Of a DNA stretch of 64,000 nucleotides, positions 60,937-64,000 are shown in pieces; the first letter of the stretch is position 1; every line of letters begins with the position of its first letter. The translations under genes and the position numbers were made by a program. The notes beneath the pieces are model-generated. The model had not been told where the DNA came from. It worked only from the letters and a program-made list of their open reading frames with translations, and made no database searches. Source of the DNA: Bacteroidota bacterium (GTDB lineage Bacteria > Bacteroidota > Bacteroidia > AKYH767-A > 2013-40CM-41-45); assembly GCA_031385005.1 (NCBI GenBank), contig JANNBB010000034.1:1026-65025 (forward strand), read 5' to 3'.

Positions 60937-61980
60937 ATGAAGAAAACAGATCAATTAGCTGATTTTAATCCCAATAATGTTGGAGATACTTCAGGAAATA
61001 TTTATGGTTTACCCTTCGATTGCAACAATGCCGCGCTTGTAATTATTCCTGTGCCTTGGGAAGTAACTGTTTCTTATAGTGCAGGTACTGCTAACGGACC
61101 GGAAGCAGTTTACAATGCCTCTTTTCAGGTTGACTTGTATGATCCATTTGTGAAGGATGCCTGGAAGTTTGGCATTGCCATGGATAAAGTGAGTAAAAAA
61201 ATCAAATCGAAGAGCAACTTTCTCAGAAAAAAAGCGGAACGATACATACAAATGCTCATGAAAGGAAATAATCCTGAGCAAAATGTTGCCATGGGTAAAA
61301 TCGGAATGGAAATAAATACCGCTTGTAAGGAATTGAACCAATGGGTTAAAACAGAATCGCTGAAATATTTAAACCGGTCAAAATGTGTAGCACTACTCGG
61401 AGGCGACCATAGCACACCGCTGGGCTTAATTCAGGCACTAGCAGAAAAACATAATTCCTTTGCCATTTTACAAATTGATGCACATGCCGATTTAAGAGAA
61501 GCTTATGAAGGTTTCGAATTTTCTCATGCTTCTATCATGTACAATGCGATTAAAATTCCGCAAGTAAAAAAATTGGTTCAAGTCGGTATACGCGATTATT
61601 GCGAAGCGGAATTGGATTTGATTAATTCCCATAAAAAAATAACTACCTTTTTTGATCGCGATATAAAACACAAACAGTTCAACGGAACAAACTGGTCGAC
61701 GATTTGCGACAGCATACTAGATACGCTTCCGGATAAGGTTTATCTCAGTATTGATATAGACGGACTCGATCCAAAATTATGTGCGCATACCGGAACACCC
61801 GTTCCCGGCGGTTTTGAATTCGAGCAGGTTATTTTTCTGATCGAAAAGCTGGTCACTTCAAAAAGAAAAATTATCGGTTTTGATTTGAATGAAGTTGCGC
61901 CCGGAAAAGATGAATTGGATGCGAATGTTGGAGCGAGGTTGCTATACAGGGTGGCCAATGCGATGTTGGTGTCGCGATAA
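60937..61980 (+). CDS. speB: Agmatinase/ureohydrolase family protein
   Basis: GGDHS, DAHADLR, FSHAS, SIDIDGLDP, TGTPVPGG, EVAP. Confidence 0.85.
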   Translation: MKKTDQLADFNPNNVGDTSGNIYGLPFDCNNAALVIIPVPWEVTVSYSAGTANGPEAVYNASFQVDLYDPFVKDAWKFGIAMDKVSKKIKSKSNFLRKKAERYIQMLMKGNNPEQNVAMGKIGMEINTACKELNQWVKTESLKYLNRSKCVALLGGDHSTPLGLIQALAEKHNSFAILQIDAHADLREAYEGFEFSHASIMYNAIKIPQVKKLVQVGIRDYCEAELDLINSHKKITTFFDRDIKHKQFNGTNWSTICDSILDTLPDKVYLSIDIDGLDPKLCAHTGTPVPGGFEFEQVIFLIEKLVTSKRKIIGFDLNEVAPGKDELDANVGARLLYRVANAMLVSR

Positions 61981-62098
61981 GTGTTTGATCGCCTATAATA
62001 AAAATAATTGAGCTACTTGGAATTCTATAAGTGTAAAAAACTTTTTTCAAAAAATAAATAGTTCAGAAAGCAGGATATCATTTTACAATTGAATTTAC

Positions 62099-62539
62099 TC
62101 ATTCCTGTTTTCTATTCTGAACCATTTTTAATCTTAGTTCCACAGGCATGACCTTGCCCTCTTTAGTTACAAATGGTCTCATGCTCCTTTCCCATTTTTC
62201 ATAGGCCATCATTAATGATGCTTCCGGACTTTCAAGATGTTCTTCATTGGGTGGAGAGTGTTTAAGTATATCCTTTTTTTCACGGGCATCTAGTTTTGCT
62301 TCTTGTTTTTTATATACTTTTTTGAATTTTACATAATCCTTCTTGGCTTTAAAAAAGTTAATACTTGTATCGTTTTGCATAATTTTCATCCAACTTTGAT
62401 TTTTCAGCTTGCTAATGTTCTGGCCATACATAGAAAAGACAGAAAGTGAAAATATAAATAAAGTTGAAAGAGCAAACCTCAAAATTTTCTTTTGAATTCC
62501 TCCATTATTATTCGCAATGGTCTCTGAAATATTGTTCAT
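62099..62539 (-). CDS. Hypothetical basic exported protein
   Basis: Hydrophobic signal/TM, then WMKIMQ...NFFKA...YEKWERSMRPFV...G.V.P. Confidence 0.7.
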   Translation of the reverse strand: MNNISETIANNNGGIQKKILRFALSTLFIFSLSVFSMYGQNISKLKNQSWMKIMQNDTSINFFKAKKDYVKFKKVYKKQEAKLDAREKKDILKHSPPNEEHLESPEASLMMAYEKWERSMRPFVTKEGKVMPVELRLKMVQNRKQE

Positions 62540-62592
62540 GTTTTCCTCTATTAAAATTTAGTGATATAGTAAATTAAAAAAATATTTTTTCC

Positions 62593-63999
62593 TCAATTTT
62601 TAACGAATCGATATCTTCCTTTATTAATTCCATTTCTGCCAACAAGCTCAATGAAATAATTACCACTCTTCAGTTTTGAAACATCCATTGAATGTGTGAA
62701 AGAATTCAACGGAATCATTCCATCAAGAACATTCACTCCAAGTACATCGAAGATTCGATAACTGTATTCGCCTGCTATATTTAATTTAATAGTAATGTTG
62801 TTATGAGCAGGATCAGGAAACAAGAGGGCATTTACAGGACTAGTTTGATTCTTGATTCCGACGCTCAACATAGTAAAACCTGAATCGATTATGTCGCCAA
62901 ATGCTGTCTGATTTACGAGTGATGAATTTCCGGAAGATGCCGCAATACCTCCTAAAATTGTGTCTCCGAGAACAACATTAAACGAACCCACGGATACTCC
63001 TCCAATAATTGCAGCGTAAGAATTCCCAGTACGAATCAGTTTTAAATCAATCGGGTATGGAATAAGAGGAGTAGAAACTATCGAATCGATAGCAGTTGCA
63101 CCGGATGTTAGTCTATAGCGGATAAATGCCTTACCGTTTGCATTCAAACCCGCCATAATGAATGGAGAATTTGAGAGTGAAGAACTGGTTCGGAACATCA
63201 ATCCGGTCTCTCCGGGAGAAGTGGAATCTCCTTTCTGAATACTATACAACCTACAGGTTAGAGAACCATCATTCACTAAATTACCGGCCACCATACTGAA
63301 CTGGTCGTCAGTACCACCAATCCCTGCTCCATTGGTCGTCACGGTAATCGCATTCGATCCTGCTGCACCACCATTCGTATTATCATAACAAGCAGTGTTT
63401 GTGCCGAAAGTGTTTCCGAAAGAATTCAAAACATAAAATGGAGGAAGTGGATCACATTTTTGAACATAAAAATTTGCTTTTTGAAATCCTGCACCCCAGG
63501 TACCCATGGAGATATGACTGGACGCGCTGCTACTTCCTTTAAAAATGCCCGAGCCTGCAATTATCTGAAAAAATGTTGCCGATGGATTTTGCAAGTTAGT
63601 TTGAAAATCCGGGTTGAGCCAATTCCAATTATTCAGTGTCCAGTCGTGATAATAAACACCCATGTCACTTACAAGATAAACGCCTTCAACAGTGCTGTAA
63701 GGATCAATATAAATTGCTTGAAAATTAATGTTTGGTAAATTTCCGGAAATATCTTCGAAATGTTTTCCGCCATCAGAACTGTGCAAAATAGTGTTGTCCG
63801 CCATAACAAAAATGACATCCGGGTTTAATGTAGAAACAGCAATGGATGAAGATACATTTGTTGAAGCAGGAATAGAAATTGATTGTATCGATTGAAGAAC
63901 TCCTCCACTTATGTTGCAGGTATAGAATTCTGCAAGGTTTGTAATAAAGTAGATTCTGTTGTCGTTATCAGGCGCAATAGCTAAGGAGGTAATGTTAGC
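62593..63999 (-). CDS. BNR/VPS10-like beta-propeller protein with T9SS type A CTD (5' end beyond the window)
   Basis: Frame has no stop from 63804 to the window edge; Asp-box SSDGGKHF, ISGNLPN, GTWGAG, a lectin-like domain (GLMFR), FPDPA...GNYFI...RFVKN CTD. Confidence 0.8.
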   Translation of the reverse strand, partial: ANITSLAIAPDNDNRIYFITNLAEFYTCNISGGVLQSIQSISIPASTNVSSSIAVSTLNPDVIFVMADNTILHSSDGGKHFEDISGNLPNINFQAIYIDPYSTVEGVYLVSDMGVYYHDWTLNNWNWLNPDFQTNLQNPSATFFQIIAGSGIFKGSSSASSHISMGTWGAGFQKANFYVQKCDPLPPFYVLNSFGNTFGTNTACYDNTNGGAAGSNAITVTTNGAGIGGTDDQFSMVAGNLVNDGSLTCRLYSIQKGDSTSPGETGLMFRTSSSLSNSPFIMAGLNANGKAFIRYRLTSGATAIDSIVSTPLIPYPIDLKLIRTGNSYAAIIGGVSVGSFNVVLGDTILGGIAASSGNSSLVNQTAFGDIIDSGFTMLSVGIKNQTSPVNALLFPDPAHNNITIKLNIAGEYSYRIFDVLGVNVLDGMIPLNSFTHSMDVSKLKSGNYFIELVGRNGINKGRYRFVKN

Positions 64000-64000
64000 T

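Noticed and set aside
227-63738. Numerous short ORFs in the track that are antisense or out-of-frame within long genes (e.g. 12070-12456, 54225-54818, 61009-61341)
   Set aside because: Fully overlapped by well-supported genes and lacking motifs; shadow ORFs.

Overview
AT-rich chromosomal window from a Bacteroidota bacterium, judged by T9SS C-terminal domains and TAnnTTTG promoter elements. It contains nine T9SS cargo proteins (two giant type-B-CTD adhesin paralogs and seven type-A), a TPR adenylate cyclase, umuD-umuC-SRAP, an arsR-arsM-arsC-aquaporin operon with two operator palindromes, USP/stress genes, recQ, kup, an alkB-family monooxygenase, a GT-C glycosyltransferase, a hybrid kinase, a molybdenum-cofactor cluster lacking moaD and moeB, prfC and an agmatinase-family gene. 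No rRNA, tRNA, CRISPR array, integrase or transposase was recognised. The most notable signal is a minus-strand sulfur-relay operon: cysteine synthase, JAMM peptidase, a ubiquitin-like sulfur carrier ending GG-TSI, MoeZ, and two YeeE/YedE transporters. It is preceded by an unannotated 29-aa Cys-containing leader ORF, a candidate antiterminator and a strong intrinsic terminator ending 7 nt before the first start codon, which suggests a cysteine-sensing transcriptional attenuator. All calls were made by eye from motifs; no database searches were run.
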